A stretch of 64,000 bases of DNA. It comes from a virus (lineage: Duplodnaviria; Caudoviricetes). The DNA is taken from positions 1 to 64,000 of the IMG/VR virus record IMGVR_UViG_3300025133_009061; one strand, written 5' to 3'. Position numbers and translations under genes: made by a program. Of the stretch, positions 1-9,800 are shown piece by piece. Within the stretch, counting starts at the first letter, position 1; every line of letters begins with the position of its first letter. Under the pieces are notes generated by a model. That model was not told the origin of the DNA and ran no database searches. It worked only from the letters and a program-made list of their open reading frames with translations.

Positions 1-2
1 AA

Positions 3-1676
3 GATATAAATTCCACGGGAATCCTTACTGGAAACAACGACAATATTGACCTTGATAGGATTCAGTCTTGTAATTATTCTTTTTCTATCTCGCGTCAAGA
101 TGTTAACCAATTTGGAGAATTGGCTGCGATTGATCGTATTATCACCGAGACTCCTACCGTTAGTCTAGAGGGTTCCTATTTGATGGCCAACATGGGGAAC
201 GAAAAGAAACTTGGTTTTAATATATTTGCCGGACCAAATGACGCCGCAGGTACTACTCCCGTTTCTTGTATATCTGGAATTTTAAACACCGAGACCAATG
301 ATACCGTAAAAAATTATTACATTCTCACGACAAAAGAAGGTTCGGACGCTGCTGGTAATACCGATAGTGGAAATTATGAAAGTATAGTTGGTATAGGAAA
401 TGCGAGTATAACTTCTTATAGTACGGAAGGGGCTGTTGGAGGTCTTCCTTCGACATCGTTTTCCGTAGAGGGTCAGAACCTAAACGTGGTTGAAACTCCT
501 TATACAGGAGCTTATGCTGGCTATACCGGACTAAATGCGCCGGGGGGCACACCTTCTGCTGTTTATGATCCAGAAAGGATTGATGGCTATGGTTTTGAAA
601 CTGTTGGTGATATTTTTGTAGGAATAACGGGAGCCGAAACATTTTCCGCGGGTTCAAGTAACTTGATGACGATAGTTGGGCTTGAGAGCGGTATAAGCGC
701 GGCCGACCAGCCGAACATGACGCAAACACCAAAGGGACTTCCGTTCGCTCTTCCTCAAGGATACGTACTTAAGAGTAACGACACCATGGCCCAATCTTCA
801 CCGGTAACTATAACGCTTGACGCGGCAGCTGAAAAGGGCGCAAACGTTATTCATGCTACAGTAGCTAATGGTCAGATCGTCACGCCAGTTGTTGGCCCTC
901 CTTACTTTATACCCGTGTTTACAGGTACACAAGCGTACAATCCCAACGTCCCTGTTGTGGCTTATATTTCAGGATCAAATCCATCTATTAATGCTACTGA
1001 TGGAACTGAAAACCTTTGGAACGCCCATAGTGGAAACGCTTCTGCCGCTGGCACTTTATTGAAACAAAAAGCTGGAGCTAGTTTAAATCCAGCGCCGATT
1101 AAATTACCTGTTCCGAGTACTAGTCTAAATACTTCTGATGTTAATCCTTCGGGGTCTATATCAACTTTGAGGCCCGGGGATATCACTTTAACTCTTAAAA
1201 AGAGCGACGGAAGCGCCGAAGATATAGCCGGAGCCTCGTTCAGTGACGCGCATATTCAAAGTTATACTATAAGTTTTGACTTGGGAAGAACACCAATGCA
1301 AAGGATAGGAAGCCGTTTTGCTTTTTCTCGTCCGGTCGATTTCCCTGTTACTGCCTCGTTTAGTTTCGATGCAGTCTTGTCAGACTTGACCACTGGTTCG
1401 ATTGCCGACCTCATAGATTGCGATGAGAATTACGAAGCAGTAGTTCAACTGAAGCACGCTCCCGATTGTAACGCGGCGAACGTAAAAGAAACCGTAGCTG
1501 CATACGTTCTCAAGAAAATCAAACTAGAGTCTCAATCATTTTCAACTTCCATTGGAGACAATAAAACAGTTACGATGGACTTTAGTTGCCAAATTGGTGG
1601 ACCCGAGCAGTCAGATGTAGGAGTATTCATGAGCGGTTATTCTACGGAAATCAACGAAAATCCCCTCTATTCGTAA
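3..1676 (+). CDS. Major tail tube protein, 5'-partial, two tube-fold repeats
   Basis: The frame is open from nt 3 (DINSTG...RIQSCNYSFSISRQDVNQFGELAAIDRII), so the track start at 120 is not the true start. A second repeat is HIQSYTISFDLGRTPMQRIG. It lies upstream of the chaperones and tape measure gene and is followed by a terminator. Confidence 0.7.
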   Translation, partial: DINSTGILTGNNDNIDLDRIQSCNYSFSISRQDVNQFGELAAIDRIITETPTVSLEGSYLMANMGNEKKLGFNIFAGPNDAAGTTPVSCISGILNTETNDTVKNYYILTTKEGSDAAGNTDSGNYESIVGIGNASITSYSTEGAVGGLPSTSFSVEGQNLNVVETPYTGAYAGYTGLNAPGGTPSAVYDPERIDGYGFETVGDIFVGITGAETFSAGSSNLMTIVGLESGISAADQPNMTQTPKGLPFALPQGYVLKSNDTMAQSSPVTITLDAAAEKGANVIHATVANGQIVTPVVGPPYFIPVFTGTQAYNPNVPVVAYISGSNPSINATDGTENLWNAHSGNASAAGTLLKQKAGASLNPAPIKLPVPSTSLNTSDVNPSGSISTLRPGDITLTLKKSDGSAEDIAGASFSDAHIQSYTISFDLGRTPMQRIGSRFAFSRPVDFPVTASFSFDAVLSDLTTGSIADLIDCDENYEAVVQLKHAPDCNAANVKETVAAYVLKKIKLESQSFSTSIGDNKTVTMDFSCQIGGPEQSDVGVFMSGYSTEINENPLYS

Positions 1677-1701
1677 TTAATACAAAAAATATAATTTATT
1701 G

Positions 1702-1727
1702 AAATCCTCCTTTGGGGGATTTTTTTT
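1702..1727 (+). terminator. Intrinsic terminator after the tube gene
   Basis: AAATCCTCC-TTT-GGGGGATTT stem (one G-U pair) followed by a T tract. Confidence 0.8.
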
Positions 1728-1735
1728 GTTTATAT

Positions 1736-1746
1736 AGTGTAATTAT
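1736..1746 (+). promoter_or_regulatory. GTGTAAT-class phage promoter motif
   Basis: AGTGTAATTAT directly after the terminator and 23 nt before ATG 1770. Confidence 0.7.
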
Positions 1747-1769
1747 ACATAAGATATAAGGTAAAAGGT

Positions 1770-2024
1770 ATGTCAAAGGAAGAAGGCCCAGATAGGGATA
1801 TTATCAATAATTTTTTCGCGTTTCAAACTCGGCGAAAGATAACAAATCTCTATAAACAATTCTTTTTCATCCTAGAAGATCTCCAAGTTAACGGAGTGAA
1901 AATCCCAGAAGAAACCCACCAAAGAATTCGTAAGAGAATTCTCGATTTAGGCAATGATACTATTCGGGAATTGGAAGAATACTTTGACAAATTCATAGAA
2001 TACAACAATAATAAACCAAAATGA
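1770..2024 (+). CDS. Hypothetical protein, 84 aa
   Basis: Motif and AAGGT upstream; ATGA overlap with the next gene. Confidence 0.75.
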   Translation: MSKEEGPDRDIINNFFAFQTRRKITNLYKQFFFILEDLQVNGVKIPEETHQRIRKRILDLGNDTIRELEEYFDKFIEYNNNKPK

Positions 2025-2818
2025 AGCGTATATACGAGTTCACTGTTAATAAAGAAGAAACGGTCAAGGAAGAATCCGTCGAGAAGAAAAAAGACGGTAC
2101 GGAGGTCACCACAGCCAAGGACGTAAAGAAGGAAATTCCTCACAAGTTCTTTCTGCGCCGACCTACTCGTGCGATGACTGACGAAGCAGAACTATATTAT
2201 GGCGTTAGGCTTGCAGAGGGGATAAAAGCGGGCCTTTTAACGCGCGCTTTACTCGAAAAAAGGTTCGAAAACGATGGTGGAACCAGAAGTGACGACGAAA
2301 ACAAGGAATATCAGAAAATAATCACAAAATTGCAGGGTTTTCACAAGGAGCAGTCCAAAATACTGGATATTGAGGAAAGAAAGAGGACCTCAGTACAAAA
2401 GAAGCGGCTTAAGGAGCTGGATAGTGAAATTAAGCCCACTAGGAGGGCGCTCAGGGACTTACAATTGGTGGAGGATAGTCTTTACGAGGAAACCGCTGAA
2501 AGTCGCGCTAGGAACAAGGTGATACTCTGGTGGATGCTTCATCTGGCTCACACCGCAGAGGGGGAAAAAGAGAACGAATTCTTCGGAGTGGGAGATTTTG
2601 ATAAGAAAATTGAACGATACGATGAAATTGACGAAGGAGAGGACTTTTTCGACATTGTTGTAGCTAGAAAGTTCGCTTATTACGTCAGTTTTTGGTTTGT
2701 GGGACGTCCAAACACACAAAAAGAGTTTCAGGAGATGATTGATTTAGCATTGAAGCTTGATGAAGAGGAAGCCGAGCCCGAAGAAAAAAAAGAAGAGAAA
2801 GCAAAAAAAAAGAGTTGA
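2021..2818 (+). CDS. Putative tail assembly chaperone
   Basis: Position between tube and tape measure genes; helical and charged; ends at an A_AAA_AAG slippery heptamer. Confidence 0.5.
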   Translation: MKRIYEFTVNKEETVKEESVEKKKDGTEVTTAKDVKKEIPHKFFLRRPTRAMTDEAELYYGVRLAEGIKAGLLTRALLEKRFENDGGTRSDDENKEYQKIITKLQGFHKEQSKILDIEERKRTSVQKKRLKELDSEIKPTRRALRDLQLVEDSLYEETAESRARNKVILWWMLHLAHTAEGEKENEFFGVGDFDKKIERYDEIDEGEDFFDIVVARKFAYYVSFWFVGRPNTQKEFQEMIDLALKLDEEEAEPEEKKEEKAKKKS

Positions 2819-2864
2819 GTAAACTCTTCGGTGTTTCCATGGATCGGATAGAGGCTAAGATCTA

Positions 2865-3863
2865 ATGGAAGATGGAAATTTAAAGATTGTTTTTTCTGAG
2901 ATTTTGCGCGGTTATACGCTCGTGACTCTTCCTTTTTTTGGCAACTTAAGAATAAAACACTTCACTAATTTCGATTCGGCCGAATTAGATATTAAAAACC
3001 GTTTCTTTTACGAAAAAGCCGTATCCCAAGGACTTCCCACGAGAAAAGAGCGCGTTAACCACTTAATAAAGGAGAACATTTGGACTGACAAAGAGAATAA
3101 GGAGATATTAAACCTTAAAAGTCTCATCGCCGGTTTAAAAAACTCCAAGTCAAAGGTTTTTCTGCAAGCACATATTGATCAAATCAATAACGACTTAAAA
3201 AAAAGTCAGGGAGAACTGTCCACCCTTAGCCTAAAGAAGGAAGAATTGATTGGGTTTTGCGCTGAAGCATATGCTGCTAGGAGAATCAATGAACACTATA
3301 TGCAAAAAGCTCTCTTGAAGGAAAACGGCGAAAAACTTTTCAGTGACGAGGAATTTGAAGAACTTGAGGAGGGGAAATTGGTAGATTTAATTGGGGCATA
3401 CAACAAGAGCACTAAAAAATTTGACTCTAACAGTTTAAAGAGACTTTCTCTCTCTGGTTTTTTTACTAATCTTTTTTACCTGTGTGAAAACAACGCTTAC
3501 TCCTTTTTTGGGAAACCTTTGGTTCAATTGACCTTCTATCAAATTGAGCTTTTCGGGTATGGAAGGTATTACAAAAGTTTAATTGAAAATTCAGACAATA
3601 AACCGCCTGATGAAATATCGAGCAACCCAGAAAAGATGGTAGAGTGGTTTGAGTCCTCCAAAAATGTTAAGGAAACCTTGGATAAATCCAAGGTAGTGGG
3701 GCAAGACGGAGCTTCCCAATCTTTGGTTGGGGCAACATCACAAGATCTTAAGCGTCTTGGTTTGGATAACCCAAATGAAACCATTAATCTTGCTAAAAAA
3801 GCTGCGGAGAAGGGTGGTAGACTTAATATGGAAGATATGATGAAACTACACGGAGTATCCTAA
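2865..3863 (+). CDS. Putative tail assembly chaperone (lambda gpT position) or hypothetical protein
   Basis: Helical 332-aa ORF immediately upstream of the tape measure gene; assigned by synteny only. Confidence 0.45.
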   Translation: MEDGNLKIVFSEILRGYTLVTLPFFGNLRIKHFTNFDSAELDIKNRFFYEKAVSQGLPTRKERVNHLIKENIWTDKENKEILNLKSLIAGLKNSKSKVFLQAHIDQINNDLKKSQGELSTLSLKKEELIGFCAEAYAARRINEHYMQKALLKENGEKLFSDEEFEELEEGKLVDLIGAYNKSTKKFDSNSLKRLSLSGFFTNLFYLCENNAYSFFGKPLVQLTFYQIELFGYGRYYKSLIENSDNKPPDEISSNPEKMVEWFESSKNVKETLDKSKVVGQDGASQSLVGATSQDLKRLGLDNPNETINLAKKAAEKGGRLNMEDMMKLHGVS

Positions 3864-3869
3864 AAAAAT

Positions 3870-3880
3870 AGTGTAATTAT
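3870..3880 (+). promoter_or_regulatory. GTGTAAT-class phage promoter motif
   Basis: AGTGTAATTAT, 10 nt before the tape measure ATG. Confidence 0.75.
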
Positions 3881-3890
3881 CCCTAGGAAT

Positions 3891-6800
3891 ATGGCTAGGG
3901 ACAAAATAACGGTCGATCTCATGCTTGCTACCAAGCAGGCCGAACGAGAAATCGCAAGGATTAATCGTAAGTTGGGGGACATGGGGAAGACCATGGGAAA
4001 GGCTTTCGGGGGAACCGGAGCCGGAGGAGATAAAGTTCGTGCCCTAGGAACAGGGCTTTCCAAAGCTACCGTCAAAGCTGACGAATTCAACAAGTCCATG
4101 GAGGCATCCAATGCGCGTGTTATAGCCTTCGGCGCGTCCGCTGGTCTTATAATGGGAATTGATCGAGCTTTAAAGGCGATGGTGTCTTCAGCTATTAAGG
4201 TGGAGAAAGCTCTTTTAGACGTTAATGTAGTATTAAACGCTACGCACCGAGATCTCGAAAAATTCGGGAAAGGGATGTTCAAAGTAGCAAAAGACACCGC
4301 ACAAGGCTTCGATACTGTTGCCGAAGCCGCTACAGAATTAGCTCGTCAAGGTTTGGGGATGGAAAAAACATTAGGGCGTACGAAAGACGCTCTTATTTTA
4401 ACTCGGCTAACTGGAATGGGTGCGGCGGATGCTGTTAAGACTTTAACCGCAGCAGTGAACTCTTTCAATAAAGAAGGCGTAACTTCTGCTCAAATCATTA
4501 ACCGCATGGCCAAAGTTGATGCCGCTTTTGCTGTAAGTTCAGAAGATTTGGCTAAGTCAATTTCTCGAGTAGGTGCTTCTGCTGTTTCGGCTGGAGTCAA
4601 TATGAATGAATTGATGGCGATAACTACGGCTGTGCAACAAAAGACGGCACGTGGGGGCGCGGTTATCGGTAATGCTTTTAAAACCATATTCACCCGCCTG
4701 CAGAGAAAAGACGTTTTACAAAACCTCAGAAACTTAGGGGTGGCTGTTAACGATTTGGGGACCGGAAAGGCTTTGAGCGGTATTCAAGTATTGCAAAATT
4801 TAGCTAAAGAGTTCGATGGTTTAGGTAAAGCTACCCAAGCCAGTACAGCGGAACAGGTAGCGGGTGTTTTTCAAGTTAACATATTAAAGGCGGCTCTTTC
4901 CGATTTATCTTCAGTTAATTCTCAGTACGCTAGTTCATTAAGGGTCGCCAATTCCGCTACCAACGAGGCCTATGAAAGAAATGAGCAATTAAATCAAAGT
5001 TTAGATGCGCTGGTTAATCGCACTTTGGCTAATTTAACCGCGGCGGGTGCAGGGCTCGGGGGAACGTTGGAGCCAGCCATTAAAAATGTTTTAGGAACAG
5101 TCAATAACGTTATAGAGGCCTTTGGTAAAGGCGGTAGTTTCGAGGAATTCGGTAAGACTATGGGGAGCGGTTTGATGAAAGGGTTGGGGGCTTTTATTGG
5201 GGGTCCCGGTCTTATTGTGATGACGGCGGTGTTTGGTAAAATAGCTTTAAGTTTAGGAAGATTTGCTGGTCAGGCTTTGCAGGACGTACTTGGTCTTAAT
5301 CAAGCGACGAAACAGCGTGCCGCGCTGGAGGGGGCGGTTGTAGCTCATATAGCTTCAGAGCCTGCATTGCTGTCTCAAGTTAGAGCGGGCACCCTTAATG
5401 TTTTAGCGGTAGAGAAGGAGATTCTGGCGACCGTTAGGTTAGCAAGCGCCGAAAGGTCAAGAATTCAGGCTTACGCGAGTCCGTTGACGGGAGCCTTAAT
5501 GGGTCGAGGTATGCGGGCGGGACCTAAGGGGGCCACGTTACCCGGTGGGGCAGCGGGTTTTGTTCCCAACTTTGCTAATGCAGGATCTGAAAGAGTAGCT
5601 GCAGCGGCTGGAGGTTATAGAGCTGGAGCTATAAAGACGATGAACCAACCGGGCGCTGGAACAATGATGTATAACTCGGCGGAAACTGTTAAGCGTTTTC
5701 CGGGCATGAGTCAGTCGGCTATAATGCCTCCTCAGGGTAGCCCTGCTGGAGCCGGTTATAAGTCAGCTTTCGGAGCTGCGCATGGATTTGATCCTTATGC
5801 TGCTGGGGGGTTTGTCCCGAACTTCGTAGGGGTCGTAAGGCCCGGTTTGCGTCATACCGGATATGCAAATCAACCTGCAATGTACACCCAAAAAAATAAG
5901 CCCCTAACAGACAACCAAAAAAAGGGCGCTCTGGAAAGGGGCGGTCATCTTACAACTCCGGGTGGAAATATTGCCATGTTAGTTCCCCAAGGTCAGCGAA
6001 CGGGGATGATGACTGGGCGAGGGGAAGGAAAGTATAATAAATTTACTGCTCAATTTCCTGTTTTGTCTTACAGCAAGGGCTTTCTAAATAAAAAGTATCC
6101 ACGGGAGCCGGAGAGAGTGGATGATCTTATGAAAGCTGCGGCAGCAGATGTTACAAGACAATTTGCAGCCAGTATTAAACCTCCAGCAAGAAGGCCCGGC
6201 AAAAGGGAAGTTATAGCCGCTTTAGACAGAACTGCTGGAGCGCGCGGAGCGTTTCAGTCAGCGGCGGGGGCGTCTTTTGAGGTTGGCATGGACTTGGCTT
6301 TGGATAAAAAAGCTGCCGCTCAAGAGCAGAGATTCGGCGATTTTGACTTAAGACCTCCGTATTCAAAGAAGGGGAGAGAAATCTTTGGGGGAAGTTTTTC
6401 TATCGGTGATTTTAAGATAGCTTCGGGTACTTCTAGCAAGAACAGTATGGCTGGTAAGATAGCTAAAGAGCTAATCACTAATGGGCCGGGAAGAAGGTTT
6501 ATATCACACGGAGCAAAGCCGGGGAAAGCTACCGGTTTTGTCCCTAATTTTTCTCCCATAACCAACGCCATAGGAAGAGAAATGGCGGCGGGAGTTCCGG
6601 CTTCTGCTATAAGAGTTGGGAGTAGTCCCTCTTTAAAGGGAGCAGGGAATCCCGGTGGTGTTGGGGTTTATAATACCATACATGAACCGGCTGGTTTACA
6701 GCAGGGAATATCACGAGCAAGGTCTCAAGGGGTGAATCCTAAGGGTCATGGGATTCCTAACTACGCCTCCCCCATACTTGATCCCTATGGAAAACCAGTT

Positions 6801-9800
6801 GCTTCGCCGAAGAGTGTGATCTTAGCCGACTCTGTTGATGATCTTGCTGGTGGTTCTAAAAGTGCGGCTTCAGAAATGAAAGGAGCCGCGGAAGAGGCAA
6901 GGGGAATGAAAATGGCTATGGCCGGTATGGCCGCTCAAATGCTGGCTGGGGCAGCGGCTTCGAATATGGCTCCCGGTCTTGGTCAAGATATGGTAACCGG
7001 CGCAGGCTCAGTGGCTGGATACGCGGGATTGGGTTTTGCTTTTGGCGGTCCAGTTGGAGGAGGGGTGGGTGCGGCTATAGGGGGTTTAGGTATGGGGGTA
7101 ACCTATCTTAAGAAACATACCGACGAAGCTAAGTTGTCCTTTGATAATTTGTCGGCCGAGTTACAGAAGATTACAGAAAACTCTAATCAAGTCTCTCAGT
7201 CTCTTGGGCTTGTTGGCGAAAAAATAGCCAAACTTGCCGGAGAAAGGGACCAAGGGAAAAGAGTGCAACTCGTACAGGAGATGGTTTCGGAGATGTCTAA
7301 TTTAATTACTAACGTAAGTGATCCAGCCGTTAGGAAGCAACTTCAAACCGAATTTGGGACAATGGACAAATCTCGGTTGAACCAAGCAAAATTAAGTGAG
7401 CTAAAAGATCGAATACTTGCGGAGCTTGGTACTGGGAAACAGCTAAAAGAGGCTCAGTTAATGGGTACGAATGTAAGAGCCGGAGATAGTAGTTGGACCC
7501 AGTTTATGTCTAATCGTCTTGGCAAGGGTCAGTATGGTCAGGCGGCAGCGGGCGGAGCGGGCCTTACTTTGGGGAATGCAAATCCTTTAGCTTGGTATTC
7601 TAGGACTGTTGGTTCAATAGGTAGTTTATTAGGAATGGGGGGGGACAGTTACAGTTGGGGTGCGGCAGGTCAAGCTCAGGGTGGGCAGATGAGGCAGTTG
7701 AGCGTACGGCAGTCTGTTCCTCAGTTCGCAACAGCTCTGATGAAGATGAAGGGCACTGGGGGACGCGAGATTAGTGAACTAATGATGGGGGATAAAGGAA
7801 CTCGGACCTCTTTGGAAAGTTTGCAGTCCGACTTTGAGGATGATGGTGGCTGGAAGAGTAAAACTGCATGGAAGGCTTTTGAAAAAGGTGGCGTAATGAT
7901 GGAAGCTCTGAAAGGGGCCGGTGTGGTAGGAGACATAAGGAAAAAAATAAGAGAGTCTCTTGATTCTACGGAAGCAAGAAATATACTACTCCGAACCTTG
8001 TTTGGTATGGAAATGTCCGCCATAAAAACAGAATGGGGAGATTGGATGAGTGATGCGCCTGCGGTTGAAGCTGACGCTACAGCCAAACTTTCACGAAAAC
8101 AAAGAGGTATCCTGAATCAGGACATAGGAGCTGCAGAAGCCGCACCTCTCCCTGACCGTGCCCCGTCGGGATTAGACGAATACTATGCGCTTATCAAAAA
8201 TTTACGTGAAGCTAGCGCTTCAGTTAAAGAGTTTGGTTTGGCGACCGCTCGTCAAGTGGTTCACGAGAAACAATTACGTTCGATACAAAGTCGTTATGAC
8301 ATAGGCTTGGCGGGTAAAGGGATGGGGGATTCCCGAACTGTAGCTCGAAAGACAATGGAAGTTGCTTTGAATGAGGCGGAACAAGGTCTTATAGACGGAA
8401 CCAAAGCCGCTATAAACACCTTTACCTCAAAAGTAGCAGATGGTTTTGAGGGCATGTCAGTTGAATTTAAGAAATGGGCAGCGGGGCAAAATTTCTTTAA
8501 GGGAGGTTTTTATGAAGGGGGCGACACGACCTTAATGGGCAAGGGCATTTCTGGATCTCTTCCCGGAGGAGATTCCAAATCCAAGTCTCAGATGGCAATG
8601 TCTCTCTTCAGAGCCATGACTACGGGCAATATAGATCGGGTAGCTTTAAGGAAGGAATTAGAAGCAGCGCAAGAAAAAGTCGAAAAAGGTGATCAGACGG
8701 CTTTGGGCGTCAGGGAGCTAACAGTGTTACAGGTGGCTCCTAAGGTCTTAACGGTTTTAGACGCGGCGGTAAAAGAATATAACACGAATATCTCAAAAGA
8801 AACCGACTTAAGAGAAAAAGCTATAGAGGCGGCAAAGACGGGGAACAAAGTTACTCTTAAGACTATAGAACTGGCAGGTAGGTACGCTCGAGGAATGGAG
8901 CTTCAAAATCAACGTCTTGGCTTAAGCAGAGCAACGGAACGATTAGATTTTATTGATGACGACTTAGCATCAGGAAGGATAACTGGGAAACAGTACGCAG
9001 GATTCAAGGGGTCTCAAAGAAAGGCGAGTCGGGATTATTTAGGGCTCACAGAAGAAAATATGAAGTCTAGTATCTTTAAGGATACGTTTACATATAACGC
9101 TAGGGAAGCATTAGAAGACTTTGAAGCGGGACAAGCATCGGTAGCTGAGAACATGAAATCCTCTTTCGCCAATGCATTTCAATCTATATCAAGCGGCGCT
9201 AACAGTGTTCAAGGAGCCTTAGCTAATATGGCCCAAAGCATTCTTAATTCCATCTCACAAGTTTCCTCCAATATGTTTACTAACATGATGTTTAGCAAGA
9301 TGGGGTGGCAAGGTTCTCAAGGGGGTCTTGTTCCCGGTTATGCGGGAGGAGGAGTTGTGAGGGGGGGTTCAGGCTACAAAGATGACGTGCCTACGATGAT
9401 GCAAGGTGGGGAATTTGTAATAAAAAAATCTTCAGCGCAAAAAATTGGTTATGGAAACTTAAATGCTATAAATGGCTACGCCGAAGGTGGTCTCACTCAA
9501 GGTCCATCCATGTGGAAAATGGGAGCTATAGGTGCGGGTGCCAGCGCTCTTTCTGGGGTTATAGGTTCAGCGATGCAGCCGGGAGCACCGAGTCCTTTGC
9601 CTTCTCGAGATTATGGATTAGGTAGAGGGAAGCATGGTTACTTCGGGGGTGCTGATCCTGATGCTGGTCAGACTGATATGATTACTGGCGCGAGGGGCTC
9701 AGCAGGAGTATCCTTGGGGAAGGGGTTCGTTTATTATCGCCGCGACCCCGAAACGGGAAGGCTCATTAGTGAGCGCGCAAGGCCCACTGAGGGGCGTTTT

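Noticed and set aside
2801-3863. Classical lambda G-T frameshift fusion of the two chaperone ORFs
   Set aside because: The downstream ORF frame has TAA at 2856-2858 and the -1 frame stops at 2863-2865, so no single shift fuses them.
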